Position numbers and translations under genes: made by a program. Positions 1 through 10,699 of a stretch of 64,000 nt of DNA are shown here, in pieces (within the stretch, counting starts at the first letter, position 1; each line of letters opens with the position of its first letter). The notes below the pieces were generated by a model. The model saw nothing but the letters and a program-made list of their open reading frames with translations, did not search any database and was not told the origin of the DNA. This DNA is from an uncultured Lachnospiraceae bacterium (GTDB lineage Bacteria; Bacillota; Clostridia; Lachnospirales; Lachnospiraceae), in contig CACYEN010000151.1 in NCBI GenBank assembly GCA_902773435.1, positions 1,195 to 65,194 of the forward strand. The letters run 5' to 3'.

Positions 1-201
1 ATCATGGCCGTCACCGGGGCCGGCCACTACGCGATCGAGGACTCGGCGGATTTCGCCGTCTACGTCCCGGCGATCGACGAGCACTTCATGGGAAGCCTCG
101 CGCTCATCCCCCTGCAGCTGCTCGGGTTCTACGTCAGCGTCGCGAAGGGGCTGGATGTGGACAAGCCGAGGAACCTGGCCAAGAGCGTGACGGTGGAGTG
201 A
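1..201 (+). CDS. glmS: Glucosamine-6-phosphate synthase, C-terminal end (partial, runs off window)
   Basis: Ends in the canonical GlmS tail [15 protein letters not shown]; IPLQLL motif. Confidence 0.95.
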   Translation: MMAVTGAGHYAIEDSADFAVYVPAIDEHFMGSLALIPLQLLGFYVSVAKGLDVDKPRNLAKSVTVE

Positions 202-248
202 CGTCGGGAGGGCCCTTTTTAGCGGCGCGAAAGCGCCGGCGCGCGCGG

Positions 249-1142
249 TTATGCCCGAGCCCCGGCGCTTTCGCGGATGCTGTCGACAAAGAGGCTGGCC
301 GCGCGGCTGAGCCTGTGTGTCCTGTCCCAGACGAGGATGTAGGATACGATGACGTCCGGATCGGTCAGCCGCCGGACTTTGATATCGGAACTGTCTGTGA
401 AGAGGGCTGCGGACGCGGGATAGATCGCGATTCCGACGCCCTTTTTCGCGAGCTCGCAGGCATTCAGCGTGTGGGAGATCCGGCAGCTGATCCGAAGCTT
501 TACGTTCTTTCCCGGGAACCAGGATTCGATCTCGGACTGCCTGGATTCGCGGGAGGGTATGATGAGGTCCCGGTCGAGCAGGTCGGCGACCCGCACGGTG
601 TCGCCGGAGCCCCGGGCGAGGGGATCCGAGGCGGGGAGGAGCGCGACCCACGGCTCCTCGTGGACGGGAACCGAGAAAAGCCCCTCCGCGTTGTGCGGCT
701 CCGTGATAATCCCGATCTCGGAGAGCCCGTTGGTCACGCGGTAGATGACGTCGTCGGTGCTGCCGTTCGTGATCGTGTAGGTCACCCCGGGATGGCCGGG
801 CTTAAACGCGGCGATCCACTCCGCGAGGAGACGCGGGGCATATCCGTCCACGGACGCGATGGAGAGGATTCCTCCGAGGCCTTCGGCCATTTCCTTTATG
901 TGCTCCGCCGACCTGTCCGTGAGCTCCACTATGCGGCGGGCGTACTGGAGGAACGATATGCCCTCCGGCGTCAGGCGGAGTCCCTGCGTCGACCGGATGA
1001 AAAGGGCGGAACCGAGTTCCTCCTCGAGGCTCCGGATCTGGCGGCTCAGGGGCGGCTGGGCTATCATCAGCTGCTGCGCCGCGCGGGTGATGCTCAGGTT
1101 TTCCGCGACCGCGATAAAATAGCGTATATGTCTCAGTTCCAT
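249..1142 (-). CDS. LysR-family transcriptional regulator
   Basis: N-terminal HTH MELRHIRYFIAVAENLSITRAAQQLMIAQPPLSRQIRSLEEELG; start set at ATG 1142 behind a GAGGAGG RBS. Confidence 0.95.
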   Translation of the reverse strand: MELRHIRYFIAVAENLSITRAAQQLMIAQPPLSRQIRSLEEELGSALFIRSTQGLRLTPEGISFLQYARRIVELTDRSAEHIKEMAEGLGGILSIASVDGYAPRLLAEWIAAFKPGHPGVTYTITNGSTDDVIYRVTNGLSEIGIITEPHNAEGLFSVPVHEEPWVALLPASDPLARGSGDTVRVADLLDRDLIIPSRESRQSEIESWFPGKNVKLRISCRISHTLNACELAKKGVGIAIYPASAALFTDSSDIKVRRLTDPDVIVSYILVWDRTHRLSRAASLFVDSIRESAGARA

Positions 1143-1163
1143 TCGCGCCCTCCTCACTTTCTC

Positions 1164-1724
1164 TCACGAACCGCCGTCGAAAAGAAGGATCATGCGGGCC
1201 GTCTCGGGCATGGTCCTGCCCGTGTCCATACTGGTTTTCTGGATGTACCTGTATGCCTCCGGCTCCGACATGCGGTTTCTGTCCATCAGAAGCAATTTGG
1301 CCTCGTCGATGGCGCGCCGGTCCTCTTCGGAACGGCTTTTCCGCTGGTCGCGGAGGATTTTTCTGTGTCTGACTTCGGCCGCTTCGTCCATCATGCGGAC
1401 TGTGCTGACGAGGTCCCCCGTCCGGATCGGGAGGGTCAGGGCGACCACGTCGGGCATCCGGAGAGAGCTGATGCTGTTCTCTCCATCCAGCAGCAGGAGA
1501 CTGAAGCTGTCCGGGAGGCAGTCCAGCAGTTCACGGTAGTACATGTCCGGAAGCCTGACGCAGGAGATCAGGACGCCGCACGTTCTCAGGTTCATCTCCT
1601 GGAGCGCCTCGGAAGCGTTCGTGACACTCGTCAGGTCGTCGAATCCGTGGGAGGAGAGGACCTCCCGGATCTTACAGCCCAGTTTTCCGCGGCCGGCAGG
1701 GAAGGCGATGATAATGCTGCTCAT
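1164..1724 (-). CDS. ANTAR-domain antitermination regulator with pseudo-receiver domain (AmiR/NitR-like)
   Basis: C-terminal ANTAR signature IDEAKLLLMDRNRMSEPEAYRYIQKTSMDTG; receiver-like N-terminus lacks the acidic pocket and conserved Lys. Confidence 0.9.
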   Translation of the reverse strand: MSSIIIAFPAGRGKLGCKIREVLSSHGFDDLTSVTNASEALQEMNLRTCGVLISCVRLPDMYYRELLDCLPDSFSLLLLDGENSISSLRMPDVVALTLPIRTGDLVSTVRMMDEAAEVRHRKILRDQRKSRSEEDRRAIDEAKLLLMDRNRMSEPEAYRYIQKTSMDTGRTMPETARMILLFDGGS

Positions 1725-1761
1725 GGCGCGCCTCCTGTCTGGCGTATATTCTGGCGGCGGA

Positions 1762-3030
1762 TTACACGCGTCGCAGGTATTCGTTGAGCTCCCAGTCGGT
1801 CACTTCTCTCGAGTAGCGGAACCACTCCGCTTCCTTCTCTTTCACGTAGGCGCCGACGAAAGCCTCCCCGCATATCTGTCTCAGGAAATCGTCGGCGGTG
1901 AGCTCGTGAAGCGAAGCGAGGAGCGTCGCAGGAAGCGCCCTGCGCCCCTCTCCCTCGGGAGGAGCCGCAAGATTGCGCTCGATGCCGTCCGTACCCGCCG
2001 CCGCGACGGCCGCGAGGATGAGATAGGGATCCGCCGCCCCGTCCGGGAGCGTCCACTCGATGCAGGGACTGCCGTCCGCGTCTCTGACGAGCCGGATGGA
2101 AGCGAAGCGGTCGCGCCTCGACCAGTAGGACTCCGAGGGAGCGAAGCCGGCACAGCCGAGCCTCTTGTAGGAGTTGACGAGCGGGTTCGAGAACGCGGTA
2201 ATTCCGGCCTCGTGCTCCAGCATGCCCGCGATAAAGGAGAGGGCCTTCTCCTCGCTTTCGCGGAACAGGTTCTTCCCGTTCCGGAATACCGAGATGGTGA
2301 GCTTCATCCCGGAGCCGGGGAGATCCGTCCGCGGTTTCGGCATGAAGGTGGCGTGCAGGCCGTGGTGCTCCGCGACGGTGCGGATCGTCGTCCGGAACGT
2401 CAGGATCTGGTCCGCGAGGCGGATGCCGTCCATCTGCTTGAACATGACCGAGTGCTGGCCCGGCGCGAGTTCGTGGCGGGAGGATTCGATCTCAAAGCCC
2501 ATCTCCTCGAGGGACAGGATCAGCTCCCGGCGGGCATTTTCTCCCTTGTCGAGAGGCGCGACGTCGAGATAGCCGGCCTTCTCGCCGGTGTGGGTCGTCA
2601 CGTGCCCGTTCTCATCTTTCGAGAACAGGAAAAATTCGCAGTCGGGATTGATGTCGAATGAGTATCCCTTCTCCTCGGCCTTCTGGAGCGCCGCCTTCAG
2701 GATCTGCCGTGGCCCTCTGATGATCTCCCCTCCGACGGGGTCCGTGATGTCGCACAGGAGCCTCGCGACCTTGCCGTGCTGGGGACGCCAGGGAAGGACC
2801 GCGAATGTCGCAGGATCCGGCAGGAGCGCGATCCGCTCAAATCCGAGATCGTACATTCCCCTCAGGTGGAAGGCGTCCACGGTGCAGCTGCCCCTGAGCG
2901 CCTTCCCGATCTGGCCCGATGTGATCGAGATGTTCTTGAGTTCCCCGAACAGGTCGACGAACTGAAGCTTTATGAATTTGATGTCGTTTTCGTTGATTTC
3001 TCTTAAAATGCGGCTCGTATCCTCATTCAT
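1762..3030 (-). CDS. glnA: Glutamine synthetase type I homologue with degenerate active site
   Basis: GS motifs FIKLQFVDLFG, LPWRPQHGKVARLLCD, GLHATFMPKP, NSYKRL, EVTDWELNEY; several metal/catalytic residues substituted (see findings). Confidence 0.85.
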   Translation of the reverse strand: MNEDTSRILREINENDIKFIKLQFVDLFGELKNISITSGQIGKALRGSCTVDAFHLRGMYDLGFERIALLPDPATFAVLPWRPQHGKVARLLCDITDPVGGEIIRGPRQILKAALQKAEEKGYSFDINPDCEFFLFSKDENGHVTTHTGEKAGYLDVAPLDKGENARRELILSLEEMGFEIESSRHELAPGQHSVMFKQMDGIRLADQILTFRTTIRTVAEHHGLHATFMPKPRTDLPGSGMKLTISVFRNGKNLFRESEEKALSFIAGMLEHEAGITAFSNPLVNSYKRLGCAGFAPSESYWSRRDRFASIRLVRDADGSPCIEWTLPDGAADPYLILAAVAAAGTDGIERNLAAPPEGEGRRALPATLLASLHELTADDFLRQICGEAFVGAYVKEKEAEWFRYSREVTDWELNEYLRRV

Positions 3031-3166
3031 TGCCCTGCTCCTTATCCCTTGCTTTTCTTTTTATCCGCAGCTTTTCTCTTTATCCGCGGCTTTTCGGGCC
3101 GCGGCTTCTCATACTGCAGTGGTTCTTTTCCCGCCCGCGGCCTGTTCACGGCCGCCCATCTGTCTC

Positions 3167-4985
<1,819 letters not shown>

Positions 4986-5004
4986 ATCATAAAATATGCA
5001 GTTA

Positions 5005-5033
5005 AGTATATATGATCAGACGCCCGGAGTAAA
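5005..5033 (-). promoter_or_regulatory. Sigma-A promoter for pyrG
   Basis: TTTACT-17 bp-TATACT on minus strand. Confidence 0.65.
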
Positions 5034-5076
5034 GAAGAAAATTCCCGAAATTATTCCTTCGGGCCCCGGTGCGGTT

Positions 5077-5523
5077 TCAGGCCATGCAGTGCCCGCCCTG
5101 CTCATCCTCCTCGGAGGGGAACTCGCTCGCGTCGTAGGGTATGCCCATTCTGTCGTAATAATCCTTCACCGCGAGCTTGATCGCCTCCTCCGCGAGCACG
5201 GAGCAGTGAAGCTTGTGGGCCGGAAGACCGTCCAGGGCCTCCGTGACGGCTTTGTTCGTCAGCGTCAGCACCTCGGAGAGCGGTCTGCCCTTGATAAGCT
5301 CTGTCGCCATGGAGCTGGACGCGATCGCGCTCCCGCACCCGAATGTCTCGAACTTGACGTCAGACACGGTCTTTGCCTCGTCGTCGTCGATTTTGAGGTA
5401 GATCTTCATGATGTCGCCGCAGACCGGGTTGCCGACCTCGCCGACACCGTTCGCGTCCTCAATCACGCCTACGTTCCTGGGATTCCGAAAATGATCCATT
5501 ACCTTTTCGCTGTATAACGCCAT
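5077..5523 (-). CDS. nifU: Fe-S cluster scaffold NifU/IscU
   Basis: YSEKVMDHFRNPRNVG, GNPVCGD, FGCGSAIASSS, KLHCSVLA. Confidence 0.95.
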   Translation of the reverse strand: MALYSEKVMDHFRNPRNVGVIEDANGVGEVGNPVCGDIMKIYLKIDDDEAKTVSDVKFETFGCGSAIASSSMATELIKGRPLSEVLTLTNKAVTEALDGLPAHKLHCSVLAEEAIKLAVKDYYDRMGIPYDASEFPSEEDEQGGHCMA

Positions 5524-5550
5524 GATGATTCTCCTCCGCAAATATATTCA

Positions 5551-6744
5551 TTATTCCGCAAACACGTGCGGACGCTTTCCGACTGTCAGGTCTCTCCAGA
5601 ACGGGGACATCCCTCTCAGGTACGTCACGACGTCCTCCACCGATTTTATGATATAGTCGACGTCTTCCTCCGTGAAATCCTCCCCGAGGCTCAGGCGGAG
5701 CGATCCGTGCGCCACCTCGTGGGGCCTTCCGATCGCGAGCAGGACGTGGCTCGGATCCAGCGAGCCCGACGTGCAGGCGCTTCCCGAGGACGCGCAGATT
5801 CCCTTGTCGTCCAGGAGCAGGAGGAGGGATTCCCCCTCGATGCCCTCAAAGCAGAAGTTGACATTGCCGGGGAGACGGTGCTCCCGGTCCCCGTTCAGCT
5901 CGCCGTAGGGGATCCTGTCCAGGCCGTCGATGAGGCGGTCCCGGAGGGCGGTCATTTTCTCCGTGTATGTGTCGATCGAGCCGCACGCCTCCTCAAGTGC
6001 CGCCGCGAGCCCCAGGATTCCCGGAAGATTCTCGGTCCCGGCCCGCTTCCCGCGCTCCTGGGCGCCGCCGCTGATCAGGCTCTCGAGCCGGATGCCCTTC
6101 TTTGCGCAGAGGACGCCGACGCCCTTCGGGCCGTGGAACTTGTGGGCGGAGAGGGAGAGCATGTCGATGTTCTGCTCGGTCATGTTGATGTGAATGTGCC
6201 CTGCAGCCTGGACCGCGTCGGTGTGGAACAGGACGCCTCTGCCGCGGCATACCGCGCCGATCTCAGGAATCGGCTGAATCGTGCCGATCTCGTTGTTCGC
6301 GTACATGACGGTCACGAGGCAGGTGTCATCACGGATCGCCTCCTCCACCTGACCGGGCGTGATGAGGCCACTGCTGTGGACGTCGAGCAGGGTGACCTCA
6401 AAGCCCTCCTCCTTCTTCAGCTTGTCCAGCGTGTGGAGGACCGCGTGGTGCTCAAACGCGGTGGAAATGATGTGCTTCTTCCCCTTGCGCGCCCCCAGGT
6501 GGGCGGCGGTGATGATAGCCTGGTTGTCAGCCTCGCTGCCGCCGGACGTGAAGGTCACCTCGGCGGGCTGGCATCCGAGGCACGCCGCGACACGGGCCCT
6601 CGCGTCCTCAAGCAGTTCCTTCGCCTTCTGCCCGTACTCGTAGAGGCTGGAGGGATTGCCGTAATTTTCGTTCATGCAGGTCACCATGGCGTCGATGGCG
6701 GCCCTGCTCATCCTGGTTGTAGCTGCGTTGTCTGCATAGATCAT
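5551..6744 (-). CDS. nifS: Cysteine desulfurase NifS/IscS
   Basis: IYADNAATT, HTDAVQA, SAHKFHGPKG (PLP Lys), SSGSACTS (catalytic Cys). Confidence 0.97.
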   Translation of the reverse strand: MIYADNAATTRMSRAAIDAMVTCMNENYGNPSSLYEYGQKAKELLEDARARVAACLGCQPAEVTFTSGGSEADNQAIITAAHLGARKGKKHIISTAFEHHAVLHTLDKLKKEEGFEVTLLDVHSSGLITPGQVEEAIRDDTCLVTVMYANNEIGTIQPIPEIGAVCRGRGVLFHTDAVQAAGHIHINMTEQNIDMLSLSAHKFHGPKGVGVLCAKKGIRLESLISGGAQERGKRAGTENLPGILGLAAALEEACGSIDTYTEKMTALRDRLIDGLDRIPYGELNGDREHRLPGNVNFCFEGIEGESLLLLLDDKGICASSGSACTSGSLDPSHVLLAIGRPHEVAHGSLRLSLGEDFTEEDVDYIIKSVEDVVTYLRGMSPFWRDLTVGKRPHVFAE

Positions 6745-6795
6745 GGGATTTCTCCTCTTTATACCCCGGTTATTTAAACTGATATGGCATTAAAT

Positions 6796-6849
6796 CCTAC
6801 TAATTTAGTAGGCGTATCAAAGAATACAATGAATGGCCTGTCAAGTCAA
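6796..6849 (-). promoter_or_regulatory. nifS promoter with palindromic operator (Rrf2/IscR-like candidate)
   Basis: TTGACT-17-TATTCT (6849-6821) followed by perfect palindrome CCTACTAA-T-TTAGTAGG (6796-6812). Confidence 0.6.
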
Positions 6850-6860
6850 GTAGGAATCAC

Positions 6861-8690
6861 TTAACACGCAGTCTCCTCCCCGACCCCCGCGAACTGCGAG
6901 TAGTAGAGCTCCCTGTAGAAGCCGCCCTTCGCGATGAGTTCGTCGTGGCTGCCCTGTTCGATCACCGTCCCGTCCCTCATGACGAGAATCACGTCCGCGT
7001 CCCGGACCGTCGAGAGGCGGTGCGCGACGACGAAGCTCGTGCGCCCCTCCATCAGCTTCCCGAACGCCTCCTGGATCTGCTCCTCGGTCCTCGTGTCGAT
7101 GCTCGAGGTCGCCTCGTCCAGAATCAGCATCGGGGGCAGGCAGAGCATGACTCTCGTGATGCAGAGCAGCTGCTTCTGTCCCTGGCTCATGCTGTCGTCG
7201 CTGACGACGGTGTCGAGCCGCTCCGGCATGCGGCGGATGAACTCCCAGCTGTGAGCTTCCTTCGCCGCCCGGATGATCTCCTCGTCCGTCGCGCCGGGCC
7301 TCCCGAAGGCGATGTTGTCGCGGACGGTCCCGTTCTTCAGCCAGGTCTCCTGCAGGACCATGCCGTAGTTCCGCCGGAGGGAGTGTCTCGTCACGTCCCG
7401 GATGCCGGTGCCGTCGACGGAGATCGTCCCGCTGTCCGTGTCGTAGAACCGCATCAGGAGGTTGATCAGCGTCGTCTTCCCGCACCCCGTGGGGCCGACG
7501 ATCGCGACCCGCATGCCCGGCTCCACCCGGAGGTTGAAGTGCTCGATCAGCTTCCTGTCCTTCACGTAGGAGAAGCACACGTCGTCGATTCCGACGGCCC
7601 CCTTCGCCTCCGGGAGCTCCCGCGGGACGTCCGGGGTCTCCCTCTCCGCCTCGATCAGGCTGAAGATCCGGGCCGCGCAGGCCAGCGCGTTCTGCAGCTC
7701 CGTGACCACCGAGCTGATGTCGTTGAACGGCTTCATGTACTGGTTCGCGTAGGAGAGCAGGATCGTGATGCCGCCGACCGTGAGATCTCCGGAGATGACG
7801 CGGAACGCCCCGGCCATCGCGACGAGCGCATAGATAACGTTGTTGACGGCGCGGGTCGAGGGATTCGTGAGAGAACTGAAGAAAACGGCGCTCTCCGAAT
7901 AACCGCGGAGCTCCTCGTTCATCCCGTGAAAGACCTCCGAAGCCGCGGCTTCGCGCCCGAAGGTCCTGACGATCTTCTCATTTCCTATGATCTCGTTGAT
8001 ATAGGCGGTCTGGCGGCCCCGCGACTCCATCTGTTCGCGGAACATCCTGTAGGACCTTCCGGCGATGAAGCGGGCGACCAGGAAACTCACGGGCGTCATG
8101 ACGAACACCATCACCGTGATGCCGACATCCCTCGAGAACATGAAGACGAGCGTCACGACAATTGTGACAACCCCCGAGAACAGCTGCGTGAAGCCGAGCA
8201 GGAGCCCGTCGGAGAGCTGGTCCGTGTCAGCGATGACGCTCTGCACGATGTCGCCGGTACTTCTGCTGTCGAGGTAGGACAGTGGAAGGGCCTGGATCTG
8301 CCGGATCGCCTTTCCGCGGATGTCCTGCACGGTGCGGTAGGCCAGCCGGTTGTTGATGAGGTTCATGACCCACACGGCCGCCGAGGACGCGGCGACGAGG
8401 ATGCAGATCCGAAAGAGGGTGGAGGCGATCCCGGGGAAGTCGACATTTCCCTCGGAGACCGCGAAGTCAATCGCGTTCCCGAAGAGGATGGGCACATAGA
8501 GCTGCATGACGACGGAGGCCGCCGCGAGCAGGACGCTCGCCATGAGCAGCAGCCGGTTTTTCCCGATCGAAACAAGGACCTTCCGGAACGTCGCGATACT
8601 CGATGCGCTGTTCCGGGAGATGTCCCCGCCTCCGCCGGCCGGTTTCCCGGGTCGGATTCTCCCTTTATCTTTCTTTCCCATCATGAGCAC
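6861..8690 (-). CDS. ABC exporter, fused permease/ATPase subunit 2
   Basis: TM N-half; GPTGCGKT, MSQGQKQ, ILDEATS, VAHRLST; exact start among MLMM uncertain. Confidence 0.93.
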   Translation of the reverse strand: MLMMGKKDKGRIRPGKPAGGGGDISRNSASSIATFRKVLVSIGKNRLLLMASVLLAAASVVMQLYVPILFGNAIDFAVSEGNVDFPGIASTLFRICILVAASSAAVWVMNLINNRLAYRTVQDIRGKAIRQIQALPLSYLDSRSTGDIVQSVIADTDQLSDGLLLGFTQLFSGVVTIVVTLVFMFSRDVGITVMVFVMTPVSFLVARFIAGRSYRMFREQMESRGRQTAYINEIIGNEKIVRTFGREAAASEVFHGMNEELRGYSESAVFFSSLTNPSTRAVNNVIYALVAMAGAFRVISGDLTVGGITILLSYANQYMKPFNDISSVVTELQNALACAARIFSLIEAERETPDVPRELPEAKGAVGIDDVCFSYVKDRKLIEHFNLRVEPGMRVAIVGPTGCGKTTLINLLMRFYDTDSGTISVDGTGIRDVTRHSLRRNYGMVLQETWLKNGTVRDNIAFGRPGATDEEIIRAAKEAHSWEFIRRMPERLDTVVSDDSMSQGQKQLLCITRVMLCLPPMLILDEATSSIDTRTEEQIQEAFGKLMEGRTSFVVAHRLSTVRDADVILVMRDGTVIEQGSHDELIAKGGFYRELYYSQFAGVGEETAC

Positions 8691-10447
8691 GCCTCCTTTC
8701 CCGGGCGTTCCTCGGGGAACTGCGAGTAGAAGATCTCCCGATAGACCGGGCAGTCGCGAAGGAGCGAGTCGTGAGTCCCCTGCCCGGCGACGAGCCCGTC
8801 GTCGAGAACGAGGATCAGGTCCGCCGCCCTGACGCTTGAAGTCCGCTGGGAAACGATGAAGACGGTCATCCCGCCGCCGAGGTCCCTGACCGCGCGGCGG
8901 AGCCTGAGGTCGGTCGCGAAGTCGAGCGCGCTCGCGGAGTCGTCCATGATCAGGATCTCCGGCTTCTTCACGAGCGCCCTCGCGATGGTGAGCCTCTGTC
9001 TCTGCCCCCCGGACAGGTTTCGGCCGCCCTGTTCCACGCGGGCGTCGAGCATGCCTTCCCTGCCGCGGACCATCTCCTCCGCCTGCGCGGTCCTCAGGGC
9101 CTCCCAGAGGTCTTCGTCCGAGGCGGCTTCATTTCCCCATCTCAGGTTGCTCCGGATGGTCCCCTCGAAGAGAACCGCTTTCTGCGGAACGACGCCGATG
9201 ATCTCCGTCAGGGCGTGTTCCGGATAATCCCTCACGTCCCTGCCGTTCACGAGGACGCGGCCCTCCGTCGCATCGTAGAAGCGGGGAATCAGGTTCATGA
9301 TCGTGGATTTGCCGCAGCCGGTTCCGCCGATGACGCCGACCGTCTGTCCCTTCTTCACGTCGAAGGTGATGCCCTGGACCGCGTCCTCCCCGGATCCCGC
9401 GTAAGAGAACGAGACGCTGCGGAAGGAGACGGCGGAGTCCGGGGATACCGGGACTTCCCCGCGCGGAGGCGCCGTTTGGACGGCCGGTTTCCCGAAGTTT
9501 ATCGACGGGGAGACACTCATCATGTCCGAGACCCTGCCGGCGCAGGCGAGCGACCGGTTGATGGTGATGATGAGGGAAGCCAGCTTCACGAGCTCGACGA
9601 TGATCTGGGCCATGTAGTTGTAGAGCGCGACGAGATCCCCCTGCAGGAGACTGCCGGAGCTTATACGGACCGCGCCGACCCGGATCAGGACGATCGTCGC
9701 CGTGTTGATCAGGAGATAGGTGGCCGGATTCATGAGGGCGGAGAGCCTGCCCACGGATTCATTCATCTTAGTGAGGCTCATGCTGCACTCGTCGAACTCG
9801 CGGATCTCCGTCTCCTCCTTGCGAAAGGCCCGGATAACGCGCACGCCGGTCAGGTTCTCCCGCGTCTTCCCGAGCAGCCGGTCCAGCGTCTGCTGGACGC
9901 GGGCGAAGAGGGGAATGCTCTTCAGCATGATCGCGAACACGACGGCGCTAAGGACCGGGATCGCCGCCGCAAAGATCAGCGCGCAGCGCACGTCGATCGT
10001 AAAAGCCATGACCATGGCGCCGAAGACGATGAACGGGCTGCGGAGCAGCAGGCGGAGCGAGAGGTTGAGGCCGTTCTGGATCTGGCCCACGTCGCTCGTC
10101 ATCCTGGTGATCAGCGTGTCGGTGCCGAGGCGGTCGAGTTCGGCAAATGACAGCGTCTGAATATGGTCAAACAGGGCCTGCCGCAGGTCAGTCGCGAATC
10201 CGACGCTCGCCCTCGCGGAGAGGTACTGTGACGTGAAGGAGAACGCCATCCCGAGGACGGCGAGCGCGATCAGGAGGATGAAGCAGCGGATGATGTAGCC
10301 GCGGTCGGGCCGCGTGATGCCGATGTTGATGATCTCGGCGACGACGAGCGGGACGATCAGGTCCATGCAGGCCTCGAGAAGCTTGAAGAGCGGGGCCGTG
10401 ACCGCTTCTTTCCGGTAGGGCTTCAGGAAAGTCAGTAGCTGTTTCAA
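8681..10447 (-). CDS. ABC exporter, fused permease/ATPase subunit 1 (degenerate site)
   Basis: TTG start; GGTGCGKS, LSGGQRQR, IMDDS and SQR (Asp/Gln substitutions typical of TM287/288-type heterodimers); overlaps partner gene. Confidence 0.93.
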   Translation of the reverse strand: MKQLLTFLKPYRKEAVTAPLFKLLEACMDLIVPLVVAEIINIGITRPDRGYIIRCFILLIALAVLGMAFSFTSQYLSARASVGFATDLRQALFDHIQTLSFAELDRLGTDTLITRMTSDVGQIQNGLNLSLRLLLRSPFIVFGAMVMAFTIDVRCALIFAAAIPVLSAVVFAIMLKSIPLFARVQQTLDRLLGKTRENLTGVRVIRAFRKEETEIREFDECSMSLTKMNESVGRLSALMNPATYLLINTATIVLIRVGAVRISSGSLLQGDLVALYNYMAQIIVELVKLASLIITINRSLACAGRVSDMMSVSPSINFGKPAVQTAPPRGEVPVSPDSAVSFRSVSFSYAGSGEDAVQGITFDVKKGQTVGVIGGTGCGKSTIMNLIPRFYDATEGRVLVNGRDVRDYPEHALTEIIGVVPQKAVLFEGTIRSNLRWGNEAASDEDLWEALRTAQAEEMVRGREGMLDARVEQGGRNLSGGQRQRLTIARALVKKPEILIMDDSASALDFATDLRLRRAVRDLGGGMTVFIVSQRTSSVRAADLILVLDDGLVAGQGTHDSLLRDCPVYREIFYSQFPEERPGKEACS

Positions 10448-10699
10448 GAAGATGGGCTCCTTCTTTTTATAAATAAAAATGATAAAAAATGGTCATCGCG
10501 TCATGATAAGACCCTGCCGGTTGTTGAGACAGGGCCTTATCATATATCATTATAGGAATCCGGGAACGCGATGACAAGTGCCGGGGTGCAGGAAAGAGGG
10601 CGGTCCCCCGGTGCTCTGCGCCTCCCGGAAGACCGCCCTGTACTTTAAATGTACTTTAAGTTATCGCGGTGAATTGTTACCTGCCGGAAGCGCCGGGCC

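Noticed and set aside
150-260. Tn7-like insertion at the glmS attachment site
   Set aside because: No transposon end or tns genes follow glmS; a convergent LysR gene ends 47 bp later.
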